Below are positions 34,248 through 45,100 of a DNA stretch of 64,000 nucleotides, one piece after another. Positions within the stretch are counted from its first letter, which is position 1; every line of letters starts with the position of its first letter. The notes under the pieces were generated by a model that was not told where the DNA came from, made no database searches, and saw only the letters and a list, made by a program, of their open reading frames with translations. The translations under genes were made by a program, and so were the position numbers. This DNA is from Cyanophora paradoxa CCMP329 (lineage: Eukaryota > Plantae > Glaucophyta). The stretch lies in NCBI GenBank assembly GCA_004431415.1, contig QPMI01000472.1, forward strand, positions 62,001-126,000, written 5' to 3'.

Positions 34248-35258
34248 ATGCCTGTGGATTACATTGAAGTGAGCTCTTTCAATACAATTTCGGGAGATGG
34301 ACCTACTTCGAGTTTTATTGCTCGCCTCCCCAGCACATATGAATTTGTAAGAGCAGTAAGACTGGTCTCAGCAGAATTTTATAACAGCATTCCCATGGTG
34401 AGTGGTGAAACCAAACCAGGAGATGTGACAATAGATAATGCAATCTACCTTTATTGGTCTGAATATCTTTCTGGTGCAGGAAGCACTGGTATTCCAACTG
34501 ATCGACCTGCTGCTGATTATGAATCATGGAAACACATTGTGATAAGTCGCAGCACACCCATTCAAAACCACCAACAACTGGTGAATGTAATTAACTCCAA
34601 ACTTGCATTGAGAGAGCCACCAGTAGCAATTCGCTGTAAATGGGATGATACACTGAAACGAGTAATATTCCATTCCACCATACCGTTTTACCTGGCTTTC
34701 TCAACTGCAATAAACCCAACCCAGGCACAGATTCAGAGGTTTTTGAGTTCTGCTCGACTGCTTGGTCTTGATCCTGGGAGATATGGTAACACACCAATCC
34801 AATCACAGGTGTACAATACTCTTACTGATGGTATCTTCACTGGGTCGATGGTGCATGGTATTATATCTTCATTTGAACCCGAGAAGACCAGGGATAGTGT
34901 CCTATTTGTGAGAGTAAAGGAGTTGGGTGATCTTGTGCAATGTGGTGATGGTCTCCTCACTGGATATTTCCACAAAATCGTGGTTCCTGATAAAGATTAT
35001 GGTGAGCATGTCGTTTATAATTCGACAGAAGCCCATCCGATTTATAAATACTATAACAAGAATCTGGGGCTCTCCACATTTTCGGTTGACATTGTGAATG
35101 CAATTAATGAACCAATTGATTTCGAGGGTCAACCTGTCCACCTCACCTTCGAAATTCGATATGGTGATGAACCTGCTGGTGATCCTGTGTACGAATACTT
35201 CAAGAGGAGAATGGCGGAAACACATCCATCTTATCCGGTTATTGCGAATTTTGCGTAA
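34248..35258 (+). CDS. Minor capsid (penton-like) protein 2
   Basis: F...L...Y..V.AVRLVSAEFYNS and C-terminal LSTFSVDIVN..NEPIDFEG.PVHLTFEI pattern. Confidence 0.75.
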   Translation: MPVDYIEVSSFNTISGDGPTSSFIARLPSTYEFVRAVRLVSAEFYNSIPMVSGETKPGDVTIDNAIYLYWSEYLSGAGSTGIPTDRPAADYESWKHIVISRSTPIQNHQQLVNVINSKLALREPPVAIRCKWDDTLKRVIFHSTIPFYLAFSTAINPTQAQIQRFLSSARLLGLDPGRYGNTPIQSQVYNTLTDGIFTGSMVHGIISSFEPEKTRDSVLFVRVKELGDLVQCGDGLLTGYFHKIVVPDKDYGEHVVYNSTEAHPIYKYYNKNLGLSTFSVDIVNAINEPIDFEGQPVHLTFEIRYGDEPAGDPVYEYFKRRMAETHPSYPVIANFA

Positions 35259-35312
35259 AATCAAGGATCATTGGTGAATTTTTTATGTTGCAGTATAATA
35301 AAAGAGATAATC

Positions 35313-36686
35313 ATGGATATTACTTCGACCCTCCAACGTCTTTCTCTGAAAGAAGCTCTAACAACCCCAGAAGAAGCCAAGGCGTTCTTCTTGGACAACT
35401 CTCTCATGCTTGGTCTTGAATCCAAGTCGAAGCCAGTTCTTGTTGTTGTGAACCCAAGCAACACTTTTGAGAATAATGCTGGAAATCGCATTTCTTTCAA
35501 GCTCCCTCGCTACAATTTCTGTGGAAAACTCGAACTTGCGTTTGACCTTCCAGCTGTCACTTTTGCTGGTGATACCGACCTTGTTCGCAATGGATACGTT
35601 CGCCCAGTTGGTGCTCTTGTCTCTCGACTTGAAATCACCTATGGATCTTACACTTTCCATGTGCCTTCTGATTTCCTTGCTCATTTCCCTCTTATCTATT
35701 ACAGTGAGGATCAACTCGCCAAGAAGAAGCGTTCAATGGGAATGGTTCATGGTATCCCTGCCCATGGAACCAACCGACTTGGTGGGTCATTTTTCACTGA
35801 AATCCCAGTCCCATGGCTAAACCACTACCTACCTCTTGGTGCTCTCTCAGAAGAAATGGTGGTAACTGTCTGGTTCAAGGATGCTGGAAAGGGTTATGTT
35901 GAGACTTCTTATGGTGGTCGTGCTCTTCCTGTTGTTGGTGGAACAGCTGCTGATAAGACAGAGGATGATGGACTTGGTGCTACTGCTAATGCTACTCTTG
36001 CCCATGTTGGTCAACAGATCACCACTTTTGGAATTGGTGCAACAACAAACCCCGAAATTAAAGTCACTTCTCCTCGTCTTTACATGCATGCTATTAATGT
36101 TTCTGATGAACTGTTTGCTACTGTCATTGAGAAGGTGAAGACCACTGGTATGGCTATTCCTGCTCTGGATATTGGTTTTGTTGACAGTGTCAATTTTGCT
36201 GCAAAAGGCAATGCTCAACCAAATCGTATTAACCTGTCACAGATCTCTGGTCTTGTCTATGGTCTTCTTGTTTCAGTTCGTGATGCCGCAGGTATTGATG
36301 GTTTCAATGGTTCCCACAGTGTCCTAAAAACGCATGCTAACTCAAAAGACATCACTTTCACTGTTGAAATTAATGGTCAACGTCTCTATGCTACTGAGCC
36401 CATCCCTCTCCTCAAAGGTGCCGAATTAATTGCGGATGCCTTCAAGTGCTCAAATATGGACAAGGTTGCAGACAAATATGTCCTCAGTGGTCTACCATTC
36501 TGTGTTGATGGAGAGAAAGCGATTCGCAACATTGCCCAGTCTGGCTATGTTGATCTCACGAACTCCTCCTCTTCTTTCCTCACTCTATACATGCCTTCTG
36601 ACCAGACAATCACAGTTAATGTTCGTGCTCTCATGCACAGTTTCATTATTGTTGACAAAGATGGTCTCCGACGCATTAATCTGTAA
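35313..36686 (+). CDS. Major capsid protein (double jelly-roll, PLV type)
   Basis: 457 aa, beta-rich; ISFKLPR..F...L.L.FDLP, LVSRLEITYG, EIPVPW..YLPL.AL; lies between the pentons and the packaging ATPase. Confidence 0.8.
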   Translation: MDITSTLQRLSLKEALTTPEEAKAFFLDNSLMLGLESKSKPVLVVVNPSNTFENNAGNRISFKLPRYNFCGKLELAFDLPAVTFAGDTDLVRNGYVRPVGALVSRLEITYGSYTFHVPSDFLAHFPLIYYSEDQLAKKKRSMGMVHGIPAHGTNRLGGSFFTEIPVPWLNHYLPLGALSEEMVVTVWFKDAGKGYVETSYGGRALPVVGGTAADKTEDDGLGATANATLAHVGQQITTFGIGATTNPEIKVTSPRLYMHAINVSDELFATVIEKVKTTGMAIPALDIGFVDSVNFAAKGNAQPNRINLSQISGLVYGLLVSVRDAAGIDGFNGSHSVLKTHANSKDITFTVEINGQRLYATEPIPLLKGAELIADAFKCSNMDKVADKYVLSGLPFCVDGEKAIRNIAQSGYVDLTNSSSSFLTLYMPSDQTITVNVRALMHSFIIVDKDGLRRINL

Positions 36687-36748
36687 AACCATGATCAGTA
36701 ACATTTCGTTATTTTTATCTATCTTTATTAAGAAAGATCCACAAAGCC

Positions 36749-37531
36749 ATGAACGATTTGGAAGAATTTAATGCAGGCGAAATGATAACCCCACCATTTC
36801 GTGCTCTTTTCATAGGAAAGTCTGCAACAGGCAAGTCAGAATGTGTGAAATATTGGTTGAAACAGCTGCATGATGCGAAAAAGATCGATACTGTTCTTGT
36901 TGTGAGTGGGACGTCCTTCAATCATTTCTGGGATGCAGTTGCAACATTGCAACTCGGGAAATGGGATGCTGCTTACATTTCCAAATTACTGGATGAAAGG
37001 CAGGAGAAAATCGAAAAAGGGGAACCTGTGAATCAAATGTGTATTGTCCTTGATGATTTAATAGATAATGAGTTAGTCGATTTAACTCGCGATAAAATTG
37101 TTGGCTCTGTTTTCAATAGGGGGCGCCATGCGATGGTGTCCTGTGTCTGCATAACTCAGAAATTGCGTAAGGTTTCTTCAACAATTCGAGTAAATTCGGA
37201 TTATGCTGTGTTCCTGAGTGCTGCTAATCGCAAAGAACTCGAAGCAATTGAAGAGGAGTACAATATCATGCGAAACAAGGACGATTTCTATAAGATGTTC
37301 GAGGAATATGTACACTCCTACCAATATATTGTGTGGTCTTCTGCAAATTATTCGGTGAACTATTATGTTGATAAAGCGGATTTGGTCAAAGATTTCCCAT
37401 TTCCTCGGTTCCACAGGAAGCCCAAAAAGAAAGAAGATGAACTACCATCTCCACAGAAAGAGGAAGCACCCAAAGAGGTCAAGAGTGGTGTTCATTCAAA
37501 CAAACTGATGCGATATAAGAGAGGATTGTAA
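36749..37531 (+). CDS. A32-like (FtsK-HerA) genome packaging ATPase
   Basis: PFRALFIGKSATGKS (Walker A), IVLDD (Walker B), RGRH, ITQK, IRVNSDY. Confidence 0.93.
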   Translation: MNDLEEFNAGEMITPPFRALFIGKSATGKSECVKYWLKQLHDAKKIDTVLVVSGTSFNHFWDAVATLQLGKWDAAYISKLLDERQEKIEKGEPVNQMCIVLDDLIDNELVDLTRDKIVGSVFNRGRHAMVSCVCITQKLRKVSSTIRVNSDYAVFLSAANRKELEAIEEEYNIMRNKDDFYKMFEEYVHSYQYIVWSSANYSVNYYVDKADLVKDFPFPRFHRKPKKKEDELPSPQKEEAPKEVKSGVHSNKLMRYKRGL

Positions 37532-37559
37532 AATAATCTCTGCTTCTTATAAATATACA

Positions 37560-38294
37560 ATGCCTTCGAAACGCAAAGTTGGCGTTCCTGCTGGTGCTAT
37601 GTCATATTCTGCATCATCTGGAACCGGTTCTATTAACACAGATCCCATGAAATTCAATGGTGTCAATGAAGTGAAAGCATCACAGCAACAGGAGGATCCC
37701 CTCAATGCTGCTTACGAAGAATCACCAGATGATAAAGCACCCCAAGCATCCACCAGTGATCAACTCAATATTTCGCCCGAAACCTCTAAGATGAAGGCAG
37801 TTGGTGAAGGAGCTCGTCGAATTATTGGTGCTGCTGATGACAAAGGACTGGGTCTCCAAGATCTCTCACTTGCTCGCAAAGGTGAAGGTGTCTCCAAGGA
37901 ATCAGACAAGGTAATTCAATCCATGGCTGGTGAGGTGACCTACAAGGTCGCACCTACACAGAATATCCACCGAATTCCCAAAGCCCAATGGGACGAAATG
38001 ACTGCGAAACTGAAAGATCTGGAAGCGAAATCCAGTGCTCTTGAACAGTATGTCTCTGAGAAGAAAGAGAGAGCGAAATTGAAGGAGATGCTGCGAAAGG
38101 AGGTGTACAGAATGGGAATCACTGGTCTCCCAGATAAGCAATTCATTGGTAAGAAAGAGACTCAAATTGATGAGCAAGCAGTTGATGAGATGAAGACCAA
38201 AACCCAGAAGGGCACCATTGAACCTGGTGCTACCAAATCAGAGGTTGATAAAGGTGTTGCCCCAACAGTATATAAACGACGAGTTTGGCTTTAA
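37560..38294 (+). CDS. Hypothetical viral protein (244 aa, low complexity/coiled coil; possible core protein)
   Basis: Long ATG ORF co-oriented in the structural module. Confidence 0.65.
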   Translation: MPSKRKVGVPAGAMSYSASSGTGSINTDPMKFNGVNEVKASQQQEDPLNAAYEESPDDKAPQASTSDQLNISPETSKMKAVGEGARRIIGAADDKGLGLQDLSLARKGEGVSKESDKVIQSMAGEVTYKVAPTQNIHRIPKAQWDEMTAKLKDLEAKSSALEQYVSEKKERAKLKEMLRKEVYRMGITGLPDKQFIGKKETQIDEQAVDEMKTKTQKGTIEPGATKSEVDKGVAPTVYKRRVWL

Positions 38295-38321
38295 TTATCT
38301 TGCATTAAGAGAGAGAGCATC

Positions 38322-38555
38322 ATGGATTTCTTGCGAAAACTCATAGAGATGTTTAATCTCCACATTGTGAGCAATTGTCACAGTGGCTGCTGTGAAACCA
38401 AAGTCGAAATCGAATTCTCAGACACTGAAAGCCATGGATCAGGTGGTAGGAGATTATCCACAGACTCGGTGGATTTCGAGGAGCATATTAAGACAGAGAC
38501 AGTGAGGCGAAGGTCTGTATCTTTCACAGATCCAAAATTAAATATCGGTAATTAA
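38322..38555 (+). CDS. Hypothetical viral protein (77 aa)
   Basis: ATG ORF packed after the previous gene. Confidence 0.5.
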   Translation: MDFLRKLIEMFNLHIVSNCHSGCCETKVEIEFSDTESHGSGGRRLSTDSVDFEEHIKTETVRRRSVSFTDPKLNIGN

Positions 38556-38756
38556 TATCGAATGCTCAGTCTCCCTGAGATCTATGCTATCCTTGAAAGG
38601 AAATCCGCTGAATATGCAACAGAAGCCGCAATAAAAAAGCGTAGACAGGAACTGGTCTCGATCTGCAAAAAATGACAAGGGATTTAAGGGTAAGGTGTGT
38701 TTGATTGGTGAACCCGGACAAATTATTTTCTCGTCCAAATATAAGGAACATATCAA

Positions 38757-38984
38757 ATGGAAACTGAATCTGTGGTCGAATTCGAACTTGCAATGAGCGA
38801 AATGGATCCCAATGAGAGGAAAAGGTTGTATGACCGCTTGTACTTCCAGAAACGCTATCAAGATGAGGAGTTCCGTGAATTATATCGTAAAAAGGCACTG
38901 GAACGATATTATCGCAGGAAAGCTGCTGAGATGGATCCCAATAATCCAGTAAAACGCCCAGTTGGTCGTCCCAGGAAATACTGA
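38757..38984 (+). CDS. Small basic DNA-binding protein with C-terminal AT-hook
   Basis: KRPVGRPRKY C-terminus; upstream AAAAAATGA...ATTTAAGG motif. Confidence 0.65.
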   Translation: METESVVEFELAMSEMDPNERKRLYDRLYFQKRYQDEEFRELYRKKALERYYRRKAAEMDPNNPVKRPVGRPRKY

Positions 38985-39178
38985 ACCGCCCCCAAAGTCC
39001 CAAATATCCGCTGAATCCTTTTTGTTACCATGATCGATCGACTTTTCGATGGATCATTACCATATATCGAGCGCCAATCGGAAAACCCAAAGGTATTTAA
39101 AGGTTAGCCGCCAAAAAATGACAAGGATCCGGAGAAATTAATTTCTCCATTAAGTATAAGAAGCCCCCAATTATCGAA

Positions 39179-41539
39179 ATGAACGCTGCCGCCAAGAAAT
39201 CCCTGAAACGCCTTGTTGACTGGCTTCGTGAAGACGATGTCCTGTCTGAGAATATCGTAATTCCTGTTGATCCTGATACCAAAAAGCCACTTTTCGCTCA
39301 TAAAGACGGAACCTGGACTTGGGATAAATTCGATGAAGCCCTGAAATCCGGTAAGTATACTGCTTGGGGCATTCTCGCTCGTAATATCATGGTAATTGAC
39401 TTCGACCAAGAGGAGGATTTCGCCAAATTCGAGGAGCAATTCCCTGATGATTTCGGTGGTGTCAATCCACTTGCTAAAACAAAAAAAGGATATCATGCTT
39501 ATTTCGCTCGACCTGCTGAATTCGACACCATTAAGATCTGGGATAAAGCAGGTGCATTCAAAGGAAACCCCAAGATCGACTGCAAAACGATTGCATCCAC
39601 TGGGACTGCTGGGGTAATTAATGTTTGTCCCAGTCCCAACAAAACATGGATCAGAGAGCCATGGGCATCTGAGTGTGAGTTAAATGAACCCACTGCTGAG
39701 TTGCAAAAGTGGATTGTTGAAAACTACGAATTCCCCAAAGGTGCACATTCTTATTATGCAAGGTGCGCTGAGGAGAATTTGCAGAAACATATTCTTTCTA
39801 AACTCGAAGAATTCGGTTTCATCTTGCCCACAATCATCAATGAGACCAAGATGGGATACAATTTCACTGCTGAGAACAAAGGTCTGATCTGTCCCTGCTG
39901 CAAGGGAAGCCATGACTCGAACAATTGGTATATTATTCAAGGAAAGGAGAAAGACAAGTACATTGTTTCGAGTTACAGTGCAAACTGCAAGAAGCGACTT
40001 ATCACAATTCGTGTAAAGGAAGAGACAGATGCGAATATCGAAAATCTGATTGATCGGTCTGCTGGATCTGATGGTGCCCATTATGATGTTGCACAGGTTG
40101 CCTATCTTGTTCTGCAAGACAAATACAAGTATTCCAACAAGACCTGGTTCAAGTTCAATGATGTATGTGGGATTTGGGAGATGGATGAAACTGGGAGGCG
40201 AATCTTTCTCTGTTTGAGCTGCAAGGTCTGTCCAGTTTATCTTCAACGTTCTGTTCAACTCGCACAGAGAGCTCTTCGTGATGAAGAGAACCGCAATTCC
40301 TTGGAGGAAAGGTCAAAGATTCTGCTGGGAATTGCTAAGAGCCTCAAACAGACTACATACAGAACTGCACTTATGTCTGATCTTTCAGTTCTGTTCAGTG
40401 ACAAGACCTTTTTCGAGAGACTTGATACTGTTCCCAACATCATAGGATTCACAAATGGTGTATTTGACTTGAACTCCATGACTTTTCGACAGGGACTCCC
40501 AGATGATATGGTGAGCAAGACTGTTGGCTACGATTATACCACAGAAATTGACCAAGAGAAGGTTGCAAAGATTAAATCCATCTATGCAGATCTGATCGAA
40601 TCTGATGAAAACCGCGAATTTATGATGGGATTAATTGCCTATGCTCTGTGTGGTTTGACAGAAAATCAGAGATACACTTGCTGGACTGGAATTGGAGCAA
40701 ATGGGAAATCTCTGCTCCAAGAGTTGGTGAAAGACACATTTGGTGAATACTATGGGTCACTGGACATGACATATTGGACTAAACCCAAGAAGAGTTCATC
40801 AGAGGCTGCCCCAGAACTCGCTTGCATTCTTGGTAAACGGATTGTTTTCAGTAATGAAGCAGAAGATGGTGATATGCTTCAACTGAACAAAATCAAACAA
40901 GTTACTGGTGGGAATGAGATGAAGGTTCGAACTCTATACAAAGATCTTGTAACATTCATTCCCATGTTCCAGTTGTTCTTGTCTACAAATGACAATCTGG
41001 GGATCAGTAAACCAGATGCAGCAATCCAAAGGCGAATTATCTACTACCGATTCGAAAATGTCTTCAAGGTCGATCCTCAGCCTGGTGAGAAGAAAGCAGA
41101 CATCACTCTAATGCGCCTAATGAAGAATGATGATGATTATAAAATGGCGCATATGTCCATTCTCCTGGAAATGTGGAGAACCCATTCTCTCAATGAATTC
41201 GTCACCAAACCACCCCAGTCCATTGTTGATCAAGGTATGGAGTATTTCAATGAGAATGACAAGATTGGAGAGTGGATTCGAGAGAATTATGAACTCACCA
41301 AGAGTCAAGGCGATTTCACTACAAGTGAGTCCATCATGAGTGACTTCAAGAGAGACCACATGGGCAAATCTGATGAGAAAATCTCAGATTGCACCATTAT
41401 GAAGAGACTTCGCGAAGTCTTTAATGTGAAGTCTGACAGAAAACGAGTGAATGGTGTCCTTGCTCGTGGTTACTTTGGGATCAAAAAGAAGCATGGTCGC
41501 AGATTGATGGATGACAGTGTTGAAGGTGGGGATGAGTAA
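39179..41539 (+). CDS. Primase-polymerase (AEP/PrimPol) fused to a D5-like SF3 helicase
   Basis: MVIDFD and TKKGYHAYF primase motifs; CPCC..H zinc site; IGFTNGVFDL D5_N; GIGANGKS Walker A; FSNEAE Walker B; IKQVTGG; AIQRRI. Confidence 0.92.
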   Translation: MNAAAKKSLKRLVDWLREDDVLSENIVIPVDPDTKKPLFAHKDGTWTWDKFDEALKSGKYTAWGILARNIMVIDFDQEEDFAKFEEQFPDDFGGVNPLAKTKKGYHAYFARPAEFDTIKIWDKAGAFKGNPKIDCKTIASTGTAGVINVCPSPNKTWIREPWASECELNEPTAELQKWIVENYEFPKGAHSYYARCAEENLQKHILSKLEEFGFILPTIINETKMGYNFTAENKGLICPCCKGSHDSNNWYIIQGKEKDKYIVSSYSANCKKRLITIRVKEETDANIENLIDRSAGSDGAHYDVAQVAYLVLQDKYKYSNKTWFKFNDVCGIWEMDETGRRIFLCLSCKVCPVYLQRSVQLAQRALRDEENRNSLEERSKILLGIAKSLKQTTYRTALMSDLSVLFSDKTFFERLDTVPNIIGFTNGVFDLNSMTFRQGLPDDMVSKTVGYDYTTEIDQEKVAKIKSIYADLIESDENREFMMGLIAYALCGLTENQRYTCWTGIGANGKSLLQELVKDTFGEYYGSLDMTYWTKPKKSSSEAAPELACILGKRIVFSNEAEDGDMLQLNKIKQVTGGNEMKVRTLYKDLVTFIPMFQLFLSTNDNLGISKPDAAIQRRIIYYRFENVFKVDPQPGEKKADITLMRLMKNDDDYKMAHMSILLEMWRTHSLNEFVTKPPQSIVDQGMEYFNENDKIGEWIRENYELTKSQGDFTTSESIMSDFKRDHMGKSDEKISDCTIMKRLREVFNVKSDRKRVNGVLARGYFGIKKKHGRRLMDDSVEGGDE

Positions 41540-41606
41540 ATAAAACGGAATCAATACTTAATACTGTGAATTTCTAATTTTTTAAAACCCTTACTGTAAA
41601 TGGTTT

Positions 41607-41712
41607 GTGTGACAGGTGTGACAGGTGTGACAGGTGTTTTCAGAAGTCTGAGGATTTTTAAAAATTTAAAAAAGTTTGCAAATAGGTGTCACACCTGTCA
41701 CACCCGTCACAC
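41607..41712. promoter_or_regulatory. Inverted iteron cassette (3x GTGTGACAG, AT-rich core, 3x inverted); candidate replication origin
   Basis: Lies 67 bp after the helicase stop; near-identical cassettes at 32434-32537 and 32722-32825. Confidence 0.6.
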
Positions 41713-41863
41713 CCAATTAACCACAGACTCCCCCCTGTGGGTCGATCACTTTCGCGAATAATAATTGGACAATATAAAAACGTATCGGAAATCGGTGTGT
41801 TGTGACAAAAATTGACTGGCGATTTAAGGGATCGTTGCGTATTTCACTTGACTAAGACAGAAA

Positions 41864-42055
41864 ATGGATTATTTTGATGAAATTCGGCAGCAGCTTGTCG
41901 AAAAGAATGATATTGCAGAGGTGGCGGATTATATTGCAAAGATCAGAGCGATCAATGGTAGACCATATCAAAAGAAGCGAGTGTATGCAAGCAGACTCGA
42001 CACAGTGAATGTATATATCCCCAAAGGCACGAATGTGCGAATCATAAGAACCTGA
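41864..42055 (+). CDS. Small hypothetical protein
   Basis: ATG ORF with upstream AAAAATTGA at 41807-41815. Confidence 0.5.
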   Translation: MDYFDEIRQQLVEKNDIAEVADYIAKIRAINGRPYQKKRVYASRLDTVNVYIPKGTNVRIIRT

Positions 42056-42111
42056 AAAATGCGAAATGCGTTTAAAACGCCCAAAAATAATATGTTCCCT
42101 TAAAGTAAAAG

Positions 42112-45100
42112 ATGCCCCGCCAATCCAATAGAATCATCAAAGAGAAGAAAAACGAAATACTCGGTCTTTTAGGAACCCTTTTAGTCACTGGTGATATTAC
42201 AGAATTCGAATATGATCGCCAGGCAGCAATCTTGGATAGGAGACCAAGATTATCTCAACTCACAGAAATTACAAATCGCCTCTATGATCGTTTTGAGAAA
42301 ATGGAGGAATTCAGGGATGAAGGTTTAAGGTTGGGAACAATTGAACCCGAGATTGAGGATGGGGAAGCAATGAACAAAGCATATTCTTGGTTAACCTATC
42401 GAGCAAGAGGGGAGGTTATCCAAGATGGGATTGAATTCTTGGAGAGAATTGCAACCACTCTACCTCAGAGACTCAGACAGAAACTCCAAGACCTGAGAGC
42501 AATTAAGACTCGGTTGACCTTCATTTGTAAATTCACCAAAGTGAGTGATCCAAGGGTGTGGATCACCAAGTTCATTTATAGTGATTACTTTGTCATCACA
42601 AGATCACGAAATATTGATGTTGAACTGCGAAATGCCCTTCAATCCATGCAGGAGCAGATGATGCAGGTGGACAGTTACAGACTGGATCGCATTGAGATGC
42701 TGAGAGTGGTAATAATGTCTTATGCTCCTGTGGGTGGTTGCTTCTTCTCAACACCTGAGTGGATTGGATCAAAGAGAGCAACTGTGAATGTGAAGAATAT
42801 TGATGGTCAAGACTGCTTCAAGTATGCAATCTTGGCTTACCTGCACCGAAATGATATTAATAAACACAAGAGCAATGAACCCAGCCAGTATAGAAGATGG
42901 TTAAACGAACTCAATTTCGAAGGCATCCAGTTTCCAGTTGCCTGTGATGCAGAGGTTATTGATAAATTCGAAGAGCAGAACCCTGAACTGAGTATCAACA
43001 TTTATGGTGCAGATAATCAAGCACAGTGTTTCTATCCTCTCCATCAATCCAGCAACCCCAGGAGAAAGACCAAGATTAACCTTTTATTAATCGAAAACGA
43101 AGAGGATGATAGAGGGCATTATATCACCATCATGTCTCTGAGTAGACTTCTGAAAACCACCTTTGATAAAGCCCATGATGGTCGCATTTATTATTGTGAG
43201 ACCTGTCTGTCTCGTTTCAGAACTCAGGAGAAGCTGGATGTACATATAGAAGCGAATCGCTGCATTGATTGGAGGGAGAGCAAAGGTAAATGCCCGAAAT
43301 CTGGAAGTCACATTGCATTTGGGCTTCAACACCTTCGCAAAACTGTGTGGCTTCCCACTATCTGCTATGTAAAAATGGATAGTCACTCGGTTCCAATTGA
43401 TGAGAACCGCAGTAAAAGAGAGGTAAAATCGGTCTCTCTGACAGTTGTGATGGGGGATGAGGTGATCTCTCATTATTTCGAGGGATCAGATCCACTTGGT
43501 GATCTGTTCACCACTCTCACAGAGATCAGACCCAAGTAATCCGCACTCTATTCACCAATATTCCAATGCACCCACTCACAGAAGAGCAGAAAGCACAATA
43601 CAAGATCACTAAACACTGTTATATCTGTGCTGAACGATTTACCCATGAGAATTTCCCAGTGAGAGACCATTGTCATCAATCAGGAGCATTTATTGGGAAA
43701 GCATGCCGAAACTGCAACCTCCACAGGAGAATCTCAAAGCAAACGAAAGTAGCAATAGTGGTGGATCACATGGATGAATGTGGACACGAAATATTCCGCA
43801 AAATTGCACAGCAAGATGATAAACTTCGTGTTGAGATCCTGAGCACGAATTTCGATCAATACCTGTCCCTGCAATGGGGCATGTGGAAATTCATTGATGC
43901 TTCGCATTTCATGGACTTCCAGGCAGTGGATGCAAGTGATCTAATGGGTAAATTCCAGACATTCCGAGAATTGGCGTTTTCCCAATATGGATTGGATCCT
44001 GCCCACTATGTGAGCGCTCCTGGATTATCCTGGGATGCAATGCTCATTTATACCAGAGCAAAGATCGAGCAGATCAGTGATGTAGGGCAATACGAATTCA
44101 TTGAGAGAGCAATTCGAGGTGGGTTTGCTACAATGCCTACTCGATATGCAAAGGTGGAAAACCCAGATGACCATATAGTTCTCTTGGATGCAAATAATCT
44201 GTATGGTTTTGCTCTCAGTAAAGAACTGCCCATTGGCGATTTTCGATGGGAAGATGTCACAGAGGCACTTAAAGAGACCTCTGGACGAAGTGCTTTCATT
44301 GAAGTAGACCTGGAATACCCACAAACTCTCACAGATCATTACGATTTTCCACTTGTAGTAAATAAAGAGCAAATCAGCACCGAAATGCTGGGTGAGTATC
44401 AACGAAAACTACTGGATATCACAGGTGAGAAGATAAGCAAAGACCCCAAACTCACAGCAACATTCTCACCCAAAAACAACTATGTGATCTCCCAACCTCT
44501 CTTGGTCTATCTTGTGAGCAAAGGTATTATAATTAAGAAGGTTCACAGGGTTCTCTCATTTGCAACCTCTGCATTCATGAAGAGTTATATTGATCTAAAT
44601 ACGAAACTGAGGCGCCAATCTGTCACCAGATTCGAGTCTGACTTCTTTAAATTAATGAACAATGCAATCTATGGTAAATGCCTCGAATCATGCAGGGGTC
44701 GATCTGTGGTAAAGATTGCTAACAGTGAGAAACTCTGCAAGAAATATGCTGCAAGTCCATTGATCAAGGCAACCGATGTATTAAACGAAAATGCTGTTGC
44801 CTTTGAGATGTACTCAAAGCATGTTCACTTAGATAAACCATTAGCAATTGGTGCTTTTGTGCTGGATTTCGCCAAACTCCATAATAGCAGGTTCTTTTAT
44901 GATGTGGTGAGGAGAACTTGGGAAACAGCAGAGCTGCTGTTCCATGATACAGATTCTTTCTGTCTACTGCTGCATACCAATGATCTAAATAATGAGATGA
45001 AGCGAATTGCTGAACACCTGGATTGCAGTAATTATGATCCAGCCCACCCTCTCTTTGATAGGAGTAATCGCTTGATTCCAGGTAAATATAAAAACGAGTT

